A stretch of 64,000 nucleotides of DNA from Candidatus Bilamarchaeaceae archaeon (lineage in GTDB: Archaea > Micrarchaeota > Micrarchaeia > Anstonellales > Bilamarchaeaceae): positions 35,076 through 99,075 of the forward strand of contig JAWCKZ010000003.1 of NCBI GenBank assembly GCA_038851325.1, written 5' to 3'. How positions within the stretch are numbered: the stretch's first letter is position 1; the number at the start of each line of letters is the position of its first letter. The notes under the pieces were generated by a model. That model was given only the letters and a program-made list of their open reading frames with translations. It did not search any database and was not told where the DNA came from. A program made the position numbers and the translations under genes. This document shows positions 10,398 through 20,698 of the stretch, in pieces.

Positions 10398-11657
10398 TCA
10401 TGTTCCTTCCTGCCAGCTGTGAAGGTATTTTTCCTGCTCCTTCGTGAGGACGTCCTTCTTTACTCCCATCACTTCAAGCTGGAGCTCTGCTATCTGGTTG
10501 TCCAGCTCCTCAGGCAGTTTTATCACAACCGGCTTCAGTTTTCCCTTGTTTTTTACTAGGTACTCGCATGCAAGCGTCTGGCCTGCGAATGAGGTTGCCA
10601 TTACCTCAGATGGATGACCCTCTGCTGCAGCAAGATTCACAAGCCTGCCCTCAGCGGCGAGATAGATCTTCTTCCCATCAACATCGTATTCGTCCAGGAA
10701 CTGCCTTATCCTCCTCTTTTTCCATTTTTTATTCATGCCTGCTACATCCACTTCGACATCAAAATGACCTGCATTCGCGAGAAGCGCCCCGCTCTTCATG
10801 TTTTTGATATGCTCCGTTGTTATCACATGTTTGTCTCCGGTAACCGTGAGAAATACATCGCCTATCTTTGCAGCTTCTGCGATAGGCATAACCCTATAAC
10901 CATCAAGCACAGCCTGCATCGCCCTGAAAGCATCAACTTCTGTTACTACCACGTTTGCGCCCATCCCTCTCGCGCGCATCGCAACCCCTTTGCCACAATC
11001 CCCGTATCCGCAGACAACGAACGTCTTGCCTGCCAGAAGAATATTGCTCGCTCGAAGAAGGCCATCTATGGCAGACTGTCCAGTACCGTAGTAGTTATCA
11101 AGGTAATGCTTCGTCTTATTGTCGTTGACCGCAATTACGGGGTATTTCAGGACACCATCCCTTTCCATTGCGCGCAGCCGTATGACGCCAGTGGTCGTTT
11201 CCTCGCAACCGCCGATTATTTTCGGTAGCAGGTCCGCGTGTTTCGTGTGAATTGTCGTGACAAGGTCGCAGCCATCGTCTATAGTTATATCCGGTTTGTG
11301 CGAAATAACAGCTTCAATGTACCTGTAATAATCCTCGTTGCTCTCACCTTTGTACCCGTAAACATGAAAACCTTCTTTCGCAAGCGCTGCCGCAACGTCA
11401 TCCTGTGTGCTAAGCGGATTGCAGCTTGCAATGGCGACCTTTGCCCCGCCTGCAGCAAGCGTTCGGACAAGGACAGCTGTTTCCTTTGTAATATGAAGAG
11501 CCATTCCTATGGTAAGCCCCCTGAACGGTTTCTCTCTTGCCACCCGCGCCCGTATCTTTGCCATGAGGGGCATGTGCGCCTCTGCGAATTCGATATTAAG
11601 CCCTCCCTGCTCTGCGAGCGAAAGGTCTTTTATTTCATAATTTGCAGCTTTGTCCAT
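10398..11657 (-). CDS. ahcY: S-adenosylhomocysteine hydrolase
   Basis: SCNPLSTQD, EETTTG, GYGDCGKG, GRLVNLAAAEGHPSEVM; start moved to MDKAANYE at 11657. Confidence 0.98.
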   Translation of the reverse strand: MDKAANYEIKDLSLAEQGGLNIEFAEAHMPLMAKIRARVAREKPFRGLTIGMALHITKETAVLVRTLAAGGAKVAIASCNPLSTQDDVAAALAKEGFHVYGYKGESNEDYYRYIEAVISHKPDITIDDGCDLVTTIHTKHADLLPKIIGGCEETTTGVIRLRAMERDGVLKYPVIAVNDNKTKHYLDNYYGTGQSAIDGLLRASNILLAGKTFVVCGYGDCGKGVAMRARGMGANVVVTEVDAFRAMQAVLDGYRVMPIAEAAKIGDVFLTVTGDKHVITTEHIKNMKSGALLANAGHFDVEVDVAGMNKKWKKRRIRQFLDEYDVDGKKIYLAAEGRLVNLAAAEGHPSEVMATSFAGQTLACEYLVKNKGKLKPVVIKLPEELDNQIAELQLEVMGVKKDVLTKEQEKYLHSWQEGT

Positions 11658-11813
11658 ACTATCTACTCCCTTATTTTCATGAAAGTAAATAATTATTAAT
11701 TTGCTGATAATGGCTGTAGCCTTGGCGCGATATGAAGTACACAGCCATTTCCTTTCGCTACATTTTTTCCACTTAAATAACTTTTTTAAACATTTAACTA
11801 CAATATTTACAAT

Positions 11814-14237
11814 ATGCTTGAGAGCAGGAAAGCCGATGGCACAGAGTCGGTGGCTAAGCTTACTATTAGAGCGCGCGCAAAAAATGTTTTTAGGAAGCTG
11901 CTTCCTGTCATTGCACCAGCAGCATTTGTTGGAGGGATGGCGGTTGGGGCTGGTATTCGAGACTATATTGCAAAGCGACACGAAGAATTGATGGCAAAAG
12001 AATGCGCCAATACTGTTGCTCAGGAGACATGGAGAGCAGCCTCAGAAAAAGCAGAGGATCTCGCAAAGAACTTAAATAAAATAAATTGGATACTGATTGA
12101 GAGAACTGGTTCTGACGAAAAAGAGCTTGCGGAGAACTTCAAGCAGTTGAGCAAATTTCTTTCGCATATTCAGTTCTGGTCCCCAGATAAAAGGATACAA
12201 TTAATGCGAGATATCTTAGAGGAGTCAGGTCAGAATCCCTTGCTTTCATTAGAATTATTGTCGACCATCTTTTCTTCTCAATCGCCTTTATTCAGTGGAG
12301 AAGAGAAGATCGCTAGCAGGTTGCACGCGATCGCAGAGCTTAGTGTGCAGATATCTGATAAAGATAAAGAAAAGGCTGCGCTGAGCTTATTCCATATTCT
12401 ACATTATCACTGCTCTTCTATAGACGCATTGGATGTGTTGGAGGATGCACTTAAGCCCCAAGTTGGCACTTCAGCCCTTCGTCGTGCACCAGAGTTTTTT
12501 TATGTCATCAATAATCTGGGTCTTGTTTGTAATACTGAAATGGCCAAACAATTAATCAGAACAGTAGCAGCTGTCTCATCGGCTGCACCACAGCAGAACG
12601 ATGAAGCATTAAACACACTCGGAGCAATCATCTCCTGCAGCGGTTCCAAAGATAGCTGCTCTGACGCAGCAACCAAAATAAAAAATCTGCTTGAAACTGT
12701 GGAGGCCATTGCAAATTCTGTTAATTCAGATCGTTTTCTTCTTGACTATCTTAGGATTATAGCAAAACTAAAAGATAAAGTGAAGCAAGAAGAATTTGGT
12801 AAGGCCTTCGCAGATCAACTCTTGGCGAAAGTGACAAAGATGCAACTTGCCTCCTATTTTCATGAAGACCTCGCTTTCAAACTTCTTTTAGCTGCGTTGG
12901 ATAACAAAAAATTTGATTTTGAAAAGTTTACAGAGGAACAGGCAGCAACTTTCGGAGTGGTAGCTAATAACATTTCCGTTATAGCAGGAAATAGAGCATC
13001 CGAAGCTGTAGAAATTGTGGTCGAATATCTGAAAGGAACATCCATAATGGAGAACAACCAACTGAAGTTTATTGGTCCTGAACCTTTTGATGGTTTGAAC
13101 GCGATAGAAATTACAGTTAATAAATCAATCAGCGATCTTGATAGGTTGATTGAAAATCTTACCCTTCTTAAAAAATCAGCGTTTTCCTCTTCAGGTGATA
13201 GGGAAGAGGACTATACTTCTATGATGGAAAGGTTTTTAGGATTAGAAAGCCTGCTTCGCCAGAGAAGCAATCGTATCACAAAAGCAGTCCGCAAACTTGA
13301 AGAGGAGCCAAACTTTGATATTAGAATGGCGAGGGCGATAGAACTCATCATCGATGGCTCTTCAGAAGAGAAAATTTTGAAAGAACTGGCTGCGACTCGG
13401 CAGTTATTGAGGATGGGAATCGCACCGTTCCACAATATTCGCCCTGTCGATTACGAAGAAGGTGCAACGCTTGTAAAGAATATTTTCGGGTCTGATAAAT
13501 TGACCCCTGAGCGTCTTATAAATTTTTCTTACGCCGTCTCAGTTCTTGGGAAGGAGAAAACTGATAGGTTGTACAGATTGCTAGGGTTGGAATATTTTTG
13601 CAGGTATCCCCCTGAACTCCTTTTTGAGGCAAGCAAGAATGCTGAGTCCAGGGAAAACCTACAAAAGCCTCTTGCGCTTCTTGTGTTCCCAAAGACAGAT
13701 TGGAATAGGGTTTTTTATCATGCAGGAAGCGAACTTATTCCGCTTACGCAGCATTATAGCGTCATCCTAACCGAAACTGGTTCTGATGAGATCTTTTATG
13801 ATAAAATAAATACGATAGCAAGTCTATTTGGTAAGCTCTCTCTTCTCGTTATAAACGGGCATGGCTCGCCATTTGGTGTTTCTCTAGGAAGGACGCCATG
13901 GTGGGCGTCATTAACACCAAACAAGGCGAGGGACTCCACGCTCGATCATTTAGATGATCAAGCTCTCCATAAAATTAGGGGTAGCTTTGTCCCAAACCCG
14001 ATAGTTGTACTCAACTCATGCGAGACAGGAATGTTCAAGACTGGAATAGGCGGAACCATTTCAAAGATGCTCGGTGCTCAAGTATTTGCACCAACCGCAC
14101 CAGTCTCTGCTCCAAAGTTTATTTTTGATGTTAATGGCAGGGTATCACAGGTATGCTACTCCAGTAATTTTTTCAAACCTCTCACGAGGGCGTATCTCAA
14201 CGGAGAGACGGCGAAGATCTACAAGTGCGATAAATAG
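11814..14237 (+). CDS. Membrane-anchored alpha-helical protein with C-terminal caspase/CHAT-like (clan CD) peptidase domain
   Basis: Hydrophobic segment at aa ~29-48; long helical middle; LLVINGHG and IVVLNSCETG motifs near the C-terminus. Confidence 0.6.
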   Translation: MLESRKADGTESVAKLTIRARAKNVFRKLLPVIAPAAFVGGMAVGAGIRDYIAKRHEELMAKECANTVAQETWRAASEKAEDLAKNLNKINWILIERTGSDEKELAENFKQLSKFLSHIQFWSPDKRIQLMRDILEESGQNPLLSLELLSTIFSSQSPLFSGEEKIASRLHAIAELSVQISDKDKEKAALSLFHILHYHCSSIDALDVLEDALKPQVGTSALRRAPEFFYVINNLGLVCNTEMAKQLIRTVAAVSSAAPQQNDEALNTLGAIISCSGSKDSCSDAATKIKNLLETVEAIANSVNSDRFLLDYLRIIAKLKDKVKQEEFGKAFADQLLAKVTKMQLASYFHEDLAFKLLLAALDNKKFDFEKFTEEQAATFGVVANNISVIAGNRASEAVEIVVEYLKGTSIMENNQLKFIGPEPFDGLNAIEITVNKSISDLDRLIENLTLLKKSAFSSSGDREEDYTSMMERFLGLESLLRQRSNRITKAVRKLEEEPNFDIRMARAIELIIDGSSEEKILKELAATRQLLRMGIAPFHNIRPVDYEEGATLVKNIFGSDKLTPERLINFSYAVSVLGKEKTDRLYRLLGLEYFCRYPPELLFEASKNAESRENLQKPLALLVFPKTDWNRVFYHAGSELIPLTQHYSVILTETGSDEIFYDKINTIASLFGKLSLLVINGHGSPFGVSLGRTPWWASLTPNKARDSTLDHLDDQALHKIRGSFVPNPIVVLNSCETGMFKTGIGGTISKMLGAQVFAPTAPVSAPKFIFDVNGRVSQVCYSSNFFKPLTRAYLNGETAKIYKCDK

Positions 14238-14314
14238 TATACGAATGTTTAGGATAAATGACCGACATTGGCTAAAGTTTAATCTTTATTAAATTTAATG
14301 GCGACATTTCCTCA

Positions 14315-16684
14315 ATGAAGATTAGAAAAGCATTTCTTCTTTCGCTTGGTTACGTGATCAAGGGCAGCAGAACCTACGTGTCGCTTCTGCTAAAGGGCAA
14401 AAAGACGGTGAAACGCTATTATCAGTGCGATCCCTATTTTCTTGTTGATGCGCCAGCAGCTGTGAAGGATGACATAAAAAAGATTTCGGTCGAACAAAAG
14501 GGGAAAATGATAACGCCGTTGGCAGTTGAAGAAACAGAACGACTTGTCAAACTAAAAAAGAAAAAATTCCTGAAGGTTCTCTGTCGTGAGCCATCGCACG
14601 TTCCTCTGCTAAAGCGTGCGATTCCCTATCCATGCTATGAGTTCGAAATCCCATTTGTGCGCAGATTTTTGTTTGACATGCAGCTCACACCAAACTGGTT
14701 AATCCGCTATGAACGAGAGGGGAAGATAATAAGAAAAATACTTTCATGCGAGCCGGTCACCCCTTCTCTTAAGACACTTGCTTTTGATATAGAAACATAC
14801 AATCCACTGGGCACACCAAGGCCGAAAAAGGATCCCGTGCTTATAATAAGCTATACGGATTCTAAGAGCGGCGCGCTTACCTATAAGCCATGCTCGAGAG
14901 CGGGCGTTGAGATTGTTAAGGATGAAAAAGAGTTGCTTGAGCGCTTTTCGCGACTTGTGGCGCATTCCGATCCAGATGTTCTTGTTGGGTATAATTCAGG
15001 AAACTTCGATCTTCCGTATCTCTATGAGCGCGCAAGGCTTTTGAAGTCGGCGTTCAATCTAGGGAGATGGAAGGGAAAACTAAGGAGTGTAAAACGGGGA
15101 ATGATAGGCGGAGCGAGCATCTCTGACAGACTACATCTTGACCTCTATCCAATCATCAGACTCTTTGGTTTTATCGGAGTTTTGAAGACATCGGAGTTTA
15201 CGCTGAATGCTGTTGCCAACGAGGTACTTGGAAAAAAGAAGATATCTGTTAAGCGGGCAGATATCTGGAGGCTTTGGGATGAAAACAGAATGGATGAGCT
15301 GATAGAGTACGCTGTGAGGGACGCGGAACTTACAAAAGCACTTTGTGAAGTTTATCTGCCGCTTGAGCTTGAGTTGAGCAGCATTACAAAACTCCCTCTA
15401 TTTGATGTTAGCCTTGCAACGAGTGGGCAGCTCGTTGAAAACCTTCTTATGTACAATGCAGCAAAACGTGGAGAGCTTATTCAGCTCAGACCTGTTGGTG
15501 AGGCCATCGAGGAGAGACTCGCAAACCCAATAAAAGGGGCATTCGTAAAACTGCCAGAGCCAGGAATTTACGAGCAGATAGCAGTACTCGACTTTCGTGG
15601 ACTATATCCCTCGATAATTGTTTCTTATAACATTGATCCCGCAACCCTTACTGAGAGTCATGAAGATGAGACCTTTGTTTCTCCAACAGGTGCGCAATTC
15701 AAAAAATCCCCAAAAGGGCTAATTCCATCTGTTCTGGAGGAGCTCATAGACCTTCGGAGCGCATTGAAGAAGAGGTTAAAGACTCTTGACCCAACAAGCA
15801 GGGAGTATAAAATTCTCAGCGCACGTTCGCAAGCGATAAAGATACTTTCAAATTCCTTTTATGGTTACCTAGGTTACGCCCGTTCACGATGGTATTCAAG
15901 AAAATGCGCTGAGAGTGTTACTGCTTGGGGGAGAAAACATATCCATGACACGATCGAGGCAGCTGAAAAAAGCGGGTTCAAGGTTCTTTATGCAGATACA
16001 GATTCGGTATTTCTCGTATACAAGAGCAAAGAAGAGGTTCTTAATTTTGTGGATAAGATAAACAAATCGCTTCCAGAAAAGATGGAGCTTGAGATAGAGG
16101 GTTTCTATCCACGCGGCGTTTTTGTCAGTAAAAAGGCAGAGGAAAAGGGAGCGAAAAAGAAATATGCCCTCCTCAGCGAGGACGGAAGAATAAAGATACG
16201 TGGTTTTGAGCTTGTTAGAAGAGATTGGTCGCAAATTGCAAAGGAAACACAATATCATGTTCTCGAGGCGATACTAAGAGAAGGAAGCAGGGAGAAAGCC
16301 GTTGCGGTTGTCAGAGAAGCGATAGAGAGATTGAAAAGCGGGGCTGTTGATATATCAGAATTGGCTATAGTAACGCAGCTCAATAAAGACCCTCGCGCAG
16401 GTTATGAGGTTATAAGTCCTGAGCTTGCTGCGGCGAAGAAACTCATAGCAGAAGGCGTTCCGGTGGAAAAGGGAAGCATTATTTCGTATGTTATTACAAA
16501 GAAAGGTAGCAGTATCTCAGAGAAAGCGATGCCAACTGATTCCGCAGAGGATTATGACATTGACTATTATATTAACAATCAAATACTTCCGGCTGTTATG
16601 AAGATTCTGAGAGAGCTCGGCTATGACGAGTACAGGGTTAAGGTAGGTGGGAGGCAAAGATTGCTCAATTCATTTTTTGAGTAG
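14315..16684 (+). CDS. polB: Family B DNA polymerase
   Basis: Exo motifs FDIET, GYNSGNFD, YAVRDA; pol motifs DFRGLYPS, KILSNSFYGY, YADTDS all intact. Confidence 0.97.
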   Translation: MKIRKAFLLSLGYVIKGSRTYVSLLLKGKKTVKRYYQCDPYFLVDAPAAVKDDIKKISVEQKGKMITPLAVEETERLVKLKKKKFLKVLCREPSHVPLLKRAIPYPCYEFEIPFVRRFLFDMQLTPNWLIRYEREGKIIRKILSCEPVTPSLKTLAFDIETYNPLGTPRPKKDPVLIISYTDSKSGALTYKPCSRAGVEIVKDEKELLERFSRLVAHSDPDVLVGYNSGNFDLPYLYERARLLKSAFNLGRWKGKLRSVKRGMIGGASISDRLHLDLYPIIRLFGFIGVLKTSEFTLNAVANEVLGKKKISVKRADIWRLWDENRMDELIEYAVRDAELTKALCEVYLPLELELSSITKLPLFDVSLATSGQLVENLLMYNAAKRGELIQLRPVGEAIEERLANPIKGAFVKLPEPGIYEQIAVLDFRGLYPSIIVSYNIDPATLTESHEDETFVSPTGAQFKKSPKGLIPSVLEELIDLRSALKKRLKTLDPTSREYKILSARSQAIKILSNSFYGYLGYARSRWYSRKCAESVTAWGRKHIHDTIEAAEKSGFKVLYADTDSVFLVYKSKEEVLNFVDKINKSLPEKMELEIEGFYPRGVFVSKKAEEKGAKKKYALLSEDGRIKIRGFELVRRDWSQIAKETQYHVLEAILREGSREKAVAVVREAIERLKSGAVDISELAIVTQLNKDPRAGYEVISPELAAAKKLIAEGVPVEKGSIISYVITKKGSSISEKAMPTDSAEDYDIDYYINNQILPAVMKILRELGYDEYRVKVGGRQRLLNSFFE

Positions 16685-16720
16685 CGCAACATATTTATAA
16701 CCTCTCGCATTCTTCTCTTC

Positions 16721-17770
16721 ATGCGCGGTCCTTATGCACCGTTAAAGAGATATCTTGAGATACGCGATCGCAAGAGAGTTCCTTTTTTTATGTTGATCAA
16801 AAAGATAGCGTGCGAAAGGAGCAGTAATCTTGATGATATGTGGGCAGAGCATAAGCGCGGTTTGAAAATTTTTAGAAGGCTGAAGAGGAATGAGCCAAAG
16901 GCCATGGCAGAGACGAGCGACGAATCCTACTCCCTACTCGACCTGAAGTATGATATTGCGATGGAGCTGCTGAAATCATGCGTTTTCTGCGAAAGAAGAT
17001 GTATGGCGAACCGCGCAGAAGGAAGGCTTGGGTGGTGTAGGGTTGGATCGCAGAGCCGTGTTGCAACTATGTTCGAGCATTATGGGGAAGAAGATGTACT
17101 TGTGCCGAGCGGTACGATTTTCTTCAGTGGCTGCACATGGAAGTGTGTTTATTGTCAAAACTGGGATATAAGCCAGTTTCCAGAGCGCGGAGTGGCAATG
17201 ACCGGTAAAGAAATCGCATGTTGGATAGATGACAAGGCTGAGAGCGGGCGGATAATAAATGCAAATTTTGTCGGTGGAGAGCCGACCCCAAACCTTCACA
17301 CTATAATAGATACTGCACGAAACATGAAAAGTCAGACACCCATCATATGGAATTCGAACATGTATATGAGTGAGGAGAGCCTTGCACTCCTTGAGGGTGT
17401 GGTGGATCTCTATCTTGCAGATTTTAGGTATGGGAATGATAATTGCGCCATGCGACTTTCAAGCGCTCCAAGATATATGGCAACGATGAGGAGAAACTTT
17501 AGGCGCGCGAGCAAGGATGCTGAGATGGTGATCAGAATTCTTGTCCTTCCAAATCACATCGAGTGCTGCGCAAAGAATATCCTCAAATGGATCGGTGATA
17601 ACATCGCTGACAGGGTTTATGTAAATCTTATGAGCCAGTACAGGCCTGAATACAAGGCAGTTGAGTATCCGGAGATCGCGCGACGGTTGTACAACGAGGA
17701 GTACGAAAGAGCAATCCAGTATCTAAAGAACGCAGGAGTAAAATATTATGAGATTCAGGGGAGGATATGA
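16721..17770 (+). CDS. Radical SAM protein, PflX-like (PFL-activating enzyme family)
   Basis: CTWKCVYC motif, upstream CxxCxxxC..GWC cluster, GGEPTP. Confidence 0.9.
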   Translation: MRGPYAPLKRYLEIRDRKRVPFFMLIKKIACERSSNLDDMWAEHKRGLKIFRRLKRNEPKAMAETSDESYSLLDLKYDIAMELLKSCVFCERRCMANRAEGRLGWCRVGSQSRVATMFEHYGEEDVLVPSGTIFFSGCTWKCVYCQNWDISQFPERGVAMTGKEIACWIDDKAESGRIINANFVGGEPTPNLHTIIDTARNMKSQTPIIWNSNMYMSEESLALLEGVVDLYLADFRYGNDNCAMRLSSAPRYMATMRRNFRRASKDAEMVIRILVLPNHIECCAKNILKWIGDNIADRVYVNLMSQYRPEYKAVEYPEIARRLYNEEYERAIQYLKNAGVKYYEIQGRI

Positions 17771-18369
17771 AAAGGAATTCAAAATACAAGCTGGCTATAT
17801 TCGATTTCGACGACACGCTCGTTCATCTTGACATCGACTGGGAAAAGGTGAAGATAGAACTCATAGAAAAAGTAGAGGCTGATGGCACAAAGATACCAGA
17901 GAGAATTAAGAGCGCAGACCCTATGGATGCTGCAAACTATCTTTCCGAACGCGGATATAAAGAATTAGTTGTAAGCGATTTTAGAAAAAATGAGGATGAC
18001 TGCGTAAGACGCGGTGGTTGCACCATCTTTCCTTCCATGATGAGACTGCTAAAAGAACTAAAGGCAGCCGGTTACTTAATTGCGATAGCATCAGGTAACA
18101 CAACAATAACAATAAACGAAGTTCTAAGCAAAGAAGGCATAAGTCCTGATTTTATAGCAGGACAGGATAGCATTAGGGTGAACAAACCCTATCCAGATAT
18201 CCTAAATCTTATCCTTCGACAACTTAAGGTGGGAAAAGAAGAAGCAATTTTTATAGGAAACAGCAGTTTCGACGCCCGCGCAGGAAAAAATGCGGGTATA
18301 AAAACGATAATAATAAAGCCAAACAATGAAAAGGATGTGGCTTTGCTTTCGAAGCTTTTACTCCATTAA
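17767..18369 (+). CDS. HAD-superfamily hydrolase
   Basis: FDFDDTL motif I, KPYPD, IGNSSFD (motif IV variant). Confidence 0.9.
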   Translation: MKRNSKYKLAIFDFDDTLVHLDIDWEKVKIELIEKVEADGTKIPERIKSADPMDAANYLSERGYKELVVSDFRKNEDDCVRRGGCTIFPSMMRLLKELKAAGYLIAIASGNTTITINEVLSKEGISPDFIAGQDSIRVNKPYPDILNLILRQLKVGKEEAIFIGNSSFDARAGKNAGIKTIIIKPNNEKDVALLSKLLLH

Positions 18370-18375
18370 TCTCTA

Positions 18376-19275
18376 TTAACCTTTCAGCAGTTTGAGAAGA
18401 AGCGCCTCCTGGGCCCACATCCTATTCTCTGCCTGGTCCCAAACTGCTGCGTGCTTACCGTCAAGAACATCATCTGTTATCTCCAGCCCCCTATGAGCTG
18501 GAAGGCAATGCATCACTATGCAATCTGGCTTGGCATTCATCAGCAGCTCGCTATTAACTTGATATGGTGCGAATGCTGTTTTCCTTGCTGCCTCCTCTGC
18601 CTCCATTCCCATGCTCACCCAGACATCTGTGTAGATAACGTCCGCTCCTTTCACTGCCTTTATTGGGTCATGCTCGATGGTTATCCTTGTATACTTCGAG
18701 GCCTCCTTTACATACTCCTCATTTGGCGGGTATCTCTCTGGGCAAGAAAGGGTTATGCCCATATTGTATCTTGCAGCAGCAAGCATGAGGGAATTTGCAA
18801 CATTGTTTGCTGCATCACCTATGTAAACAAGCTTTCCTTTTATCTTTCCATGCTCTATTATCGTCTGAACATCAGCTAGCGCTTGGCATGGATGCTCGAG
18901 ATCAGTAAGGGCGTTTATCACAGGCACACTTGCCCATCTCGCAAGCTCAACGAGAGTAGCGTGCTTAAAGAGCCGCGCGCTGATGGCATCTCCATATCGT
19001 GAGAGTACGCGTGCAGTATCCGCCATCGTTTCTCCACGGCTTAGTTGGGAGCTCTTAAAGTCCATAACAAGAGAGCGACCTCCCAGATTATAGATTGCGG
19101 TTTCAAAGGATAACCTTGTTCTCGTTGATGGTTTTTCATAAAGTGATATGAGGACCTTGCCGTTAAGGTCTGTTCTCTTCCGGTTTCTTTCTTTCTTCAG
19201 TTTGATAGCCAGGTCTATTATCTCCTTCATAAATTCTACAGGGGTTTCCCTAATCGTGAGAAAATCTCTTTTCAT
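18376..19275 (-). CDS. argF: Ornithine carbamoyltransferase
   Basis: PSTRTR, HPCQALAD, DVWVSMG, MHCLP; start MKRDFL at 19275. Confidence 0.96.
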   Translation of the reverse strand: MKRDFLTIRETPVEFMKEIIDLAIKLKKERNRKRTDLNGKVLISLYEKPSTRTRLSFETAIYNLGGRSLVMDFKSSQLSRGETMADTARVLSRYGDAISARLFKHATLVELARWASVPVINALTDLEHPCQALADVQTIIEHGKIKGKLVYIGDAANNVANSLMLAAARYNMGITLSCPERYPPNEEYVKEASKYTRITIEHDPIKAVKGADVIYTDVWVSMGMEAEEAARKTAFAPYQVNSELLMNAKPDCIVMHCLPAHRGLEITDDVLDGKHAAVWDQAENRMWAQEALLLKLLKG

Positions 19276-19364
19276 AATCCCACCTAAGGGCCTATGCACG
19301 AAAAGTTTTATAATATTAGGCACGCGTTGACCTTTAAGAGCACCATGGTAGCGGTTCTTGGTCC

Positions 19365-19655
19365 CTATTCTGCAGAAACCAAAAATTTAAAACAGTAGGT
19401 TGAACTAGAGCGGTTCTTTTTCAGCTCACTACCAAGATATCTGCATATAGCGACCTTGCGGAATCCATGCTTCGTTACGGCTGTCTTTATTATGGATTCT
19501 ACCTCTGAGCCGTCTATATCGCCAGGCAACTTTATCTCAATCTGCTTTCCTGTACATGAAAGAACAGCTTGGGCCCTGATATCGTCTACACCAGCCCTTC
19601 TGGCGATGGTTAAAAGGAACCTATATTTTCGCACTGGCAGCCCGGTGTTTTCCAT
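19365..19655 (-). CDS. Hypothetical protein (96 aa)
   Basis: Fills the intergenic space; GTGA upstream of ATG and TTTAAA further upstream; no motif recognised. Confidence 0.5.
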   Translation of the reverse strand: MENTGLPVRKYRFLLTIARRAGVDDIRAQAVLSCTGKQIEIKLPGDIDGSEVESIIKTAVTKHGFRKVAICRYLGSELKKNRSSSTYCFKFLVSAE

Positions 19656-19724
19656 TATTTATCACTAATTGTTATTAAGAGCCGAAATATTTAAATATTT
19701 TATCATTTTTTACCACAAAGAAGG

Positions 19725-19809
19725 AAAAAAGTGTGATATCCAACGCAAAATACCAAAAAAATTGTAAAAAATATACAAAAATTGCTGCCAAAACGCCACT
19801 ACGCCAAAA
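19725..19809. promoter_or_regulatory. Phased A-tract (predicted bent DNA) in a divergent intergenic region
   Basis: A4-A7 tracts end at about 19730, 19750, 19761, 19771, 19781 and 19793. Confidence 0.45.
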
Positions 19810-19870
19810 TGGAATCCCAGAGATCGACCAATTAAGATAGGATTAAAAATCTGGAAAGCAAAATTCTGTC

Positions 19871-20413
19871 ATGATCGACCTAACCGAAATTGAGAAAAAA
19901 CTCATGGAAAAAGAAAGCGCGCTTGACAAGCTGCTCGTAAAAGCGCGAGAGACAGTGCGCGAATGTTCAAATGCAATAAAAGCGATACATTCTAGGGACC
20001 TGAGGACTGCCAGGGCGCACCTTAAAGAGGCTGAAAAAGGAGTGCAGGTATTAACCAAGATGAAAAGCGAATTTCCTGCGCAGGTGGGCCACGTTCTTCA
20101 GGAATATGCCGAGGCGCAGATTACACTTGAGGCTATCGAAAGGAAGCGGATCCCTCATTATAAAGAACTTGGCGTAGAGGAGGTACCATATATCCTTGGT
20201 CTTCTTGATGCTATTGGCGAGCTTAAACGTGAAATGTATGAATCTTTAAGAAGAGGAGAGAGGAAGGAGGCTGAGAGATATTTTTCGCTAATGGAAGAGA
20301 TATACGATACTCTTCTTCCACTTCGCTTTTCCAACGCTGTCTTACCTGATTTTAGAAGAAAACAAGATGCTGCACGAATGCAGATAGAGCAGGCCAGGGG
20401 GGAACTTTTATAG
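19871..20413 (+). CDS. Translin family protein
   Basis: QEYAEA, YILGLLDAIGELKR, FRRKQDAAR translin-like motifs. Confidence 0.88.
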   Translation: MIDLTEIEKKLMEKESALDKLLVKARETVRECSNAIKAIHSRDLRTARAHLKEAEKGVQVLTKMKSEFPAQVGHVLQEYAEAQITLEAIERKRIPHYKELGVEEVPYILGLLDAIGELKREMYESLRRGERKEAERYFSLMEEIYDTLLPLRFSNAVLPDFRRKQDAARMQIEQARGELL

Positions 20414-20414
20414 T

Positions 20415-20696
20415 ATGAAATCGCGCGTTCATATTTCTATCTATGGTGATGTGCAAGGAGTTTTCTTTCGTGCTGGTACTGTCAGCGTGGCAACCGAGCT
20501 TGGGTTGGTTGGGTGGGTGCGAAACAGAACAGATGGCTCTGTAGAGGTAGTTGCCGAGGGAGAGAAGAAGGCTCTTGAGCAGTTGATAGAGTGGTGTAAG
20601 CATGGACCAACTGGTGCAACTGTAGAAAACGTGAAGGTGGAATGGAAAGCGCCAAGCGGTGAATTTAAGAGCTTTACGACAAGACCGACAGAGTAG
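20415..20696 (+). CDS. acyP: Acylphosphatase
   Basis: GDVQGVFFR, GWVRNRTDGSVE. Confidence 0.95.
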   Translation: MKSRVHISIYGDVQGVFFRAGTVSVATELGLVGWVRNRTDGSVEVVAEGEKKALEQLIEWCKHGPTGATVENVKVEWKAPSGEFKSFTTRPTE

Positions 20697-20698
20697 CC

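Noticed and set aside
11658..11981. 108-aa N-terminal extension of AhcY (similar extensions on polC, lysS, nadK, argF, tldD)
   Set aside because: ORF-caller extension to upstream alternative starts through promoter regions or opposite-strand genes; homology begins at later ATGs
6941..16684. Inteins in PolD DP2 or PolB
   Set aside because: Both proteins are of normal length with contiguous motifs; no intein-like insertions seen
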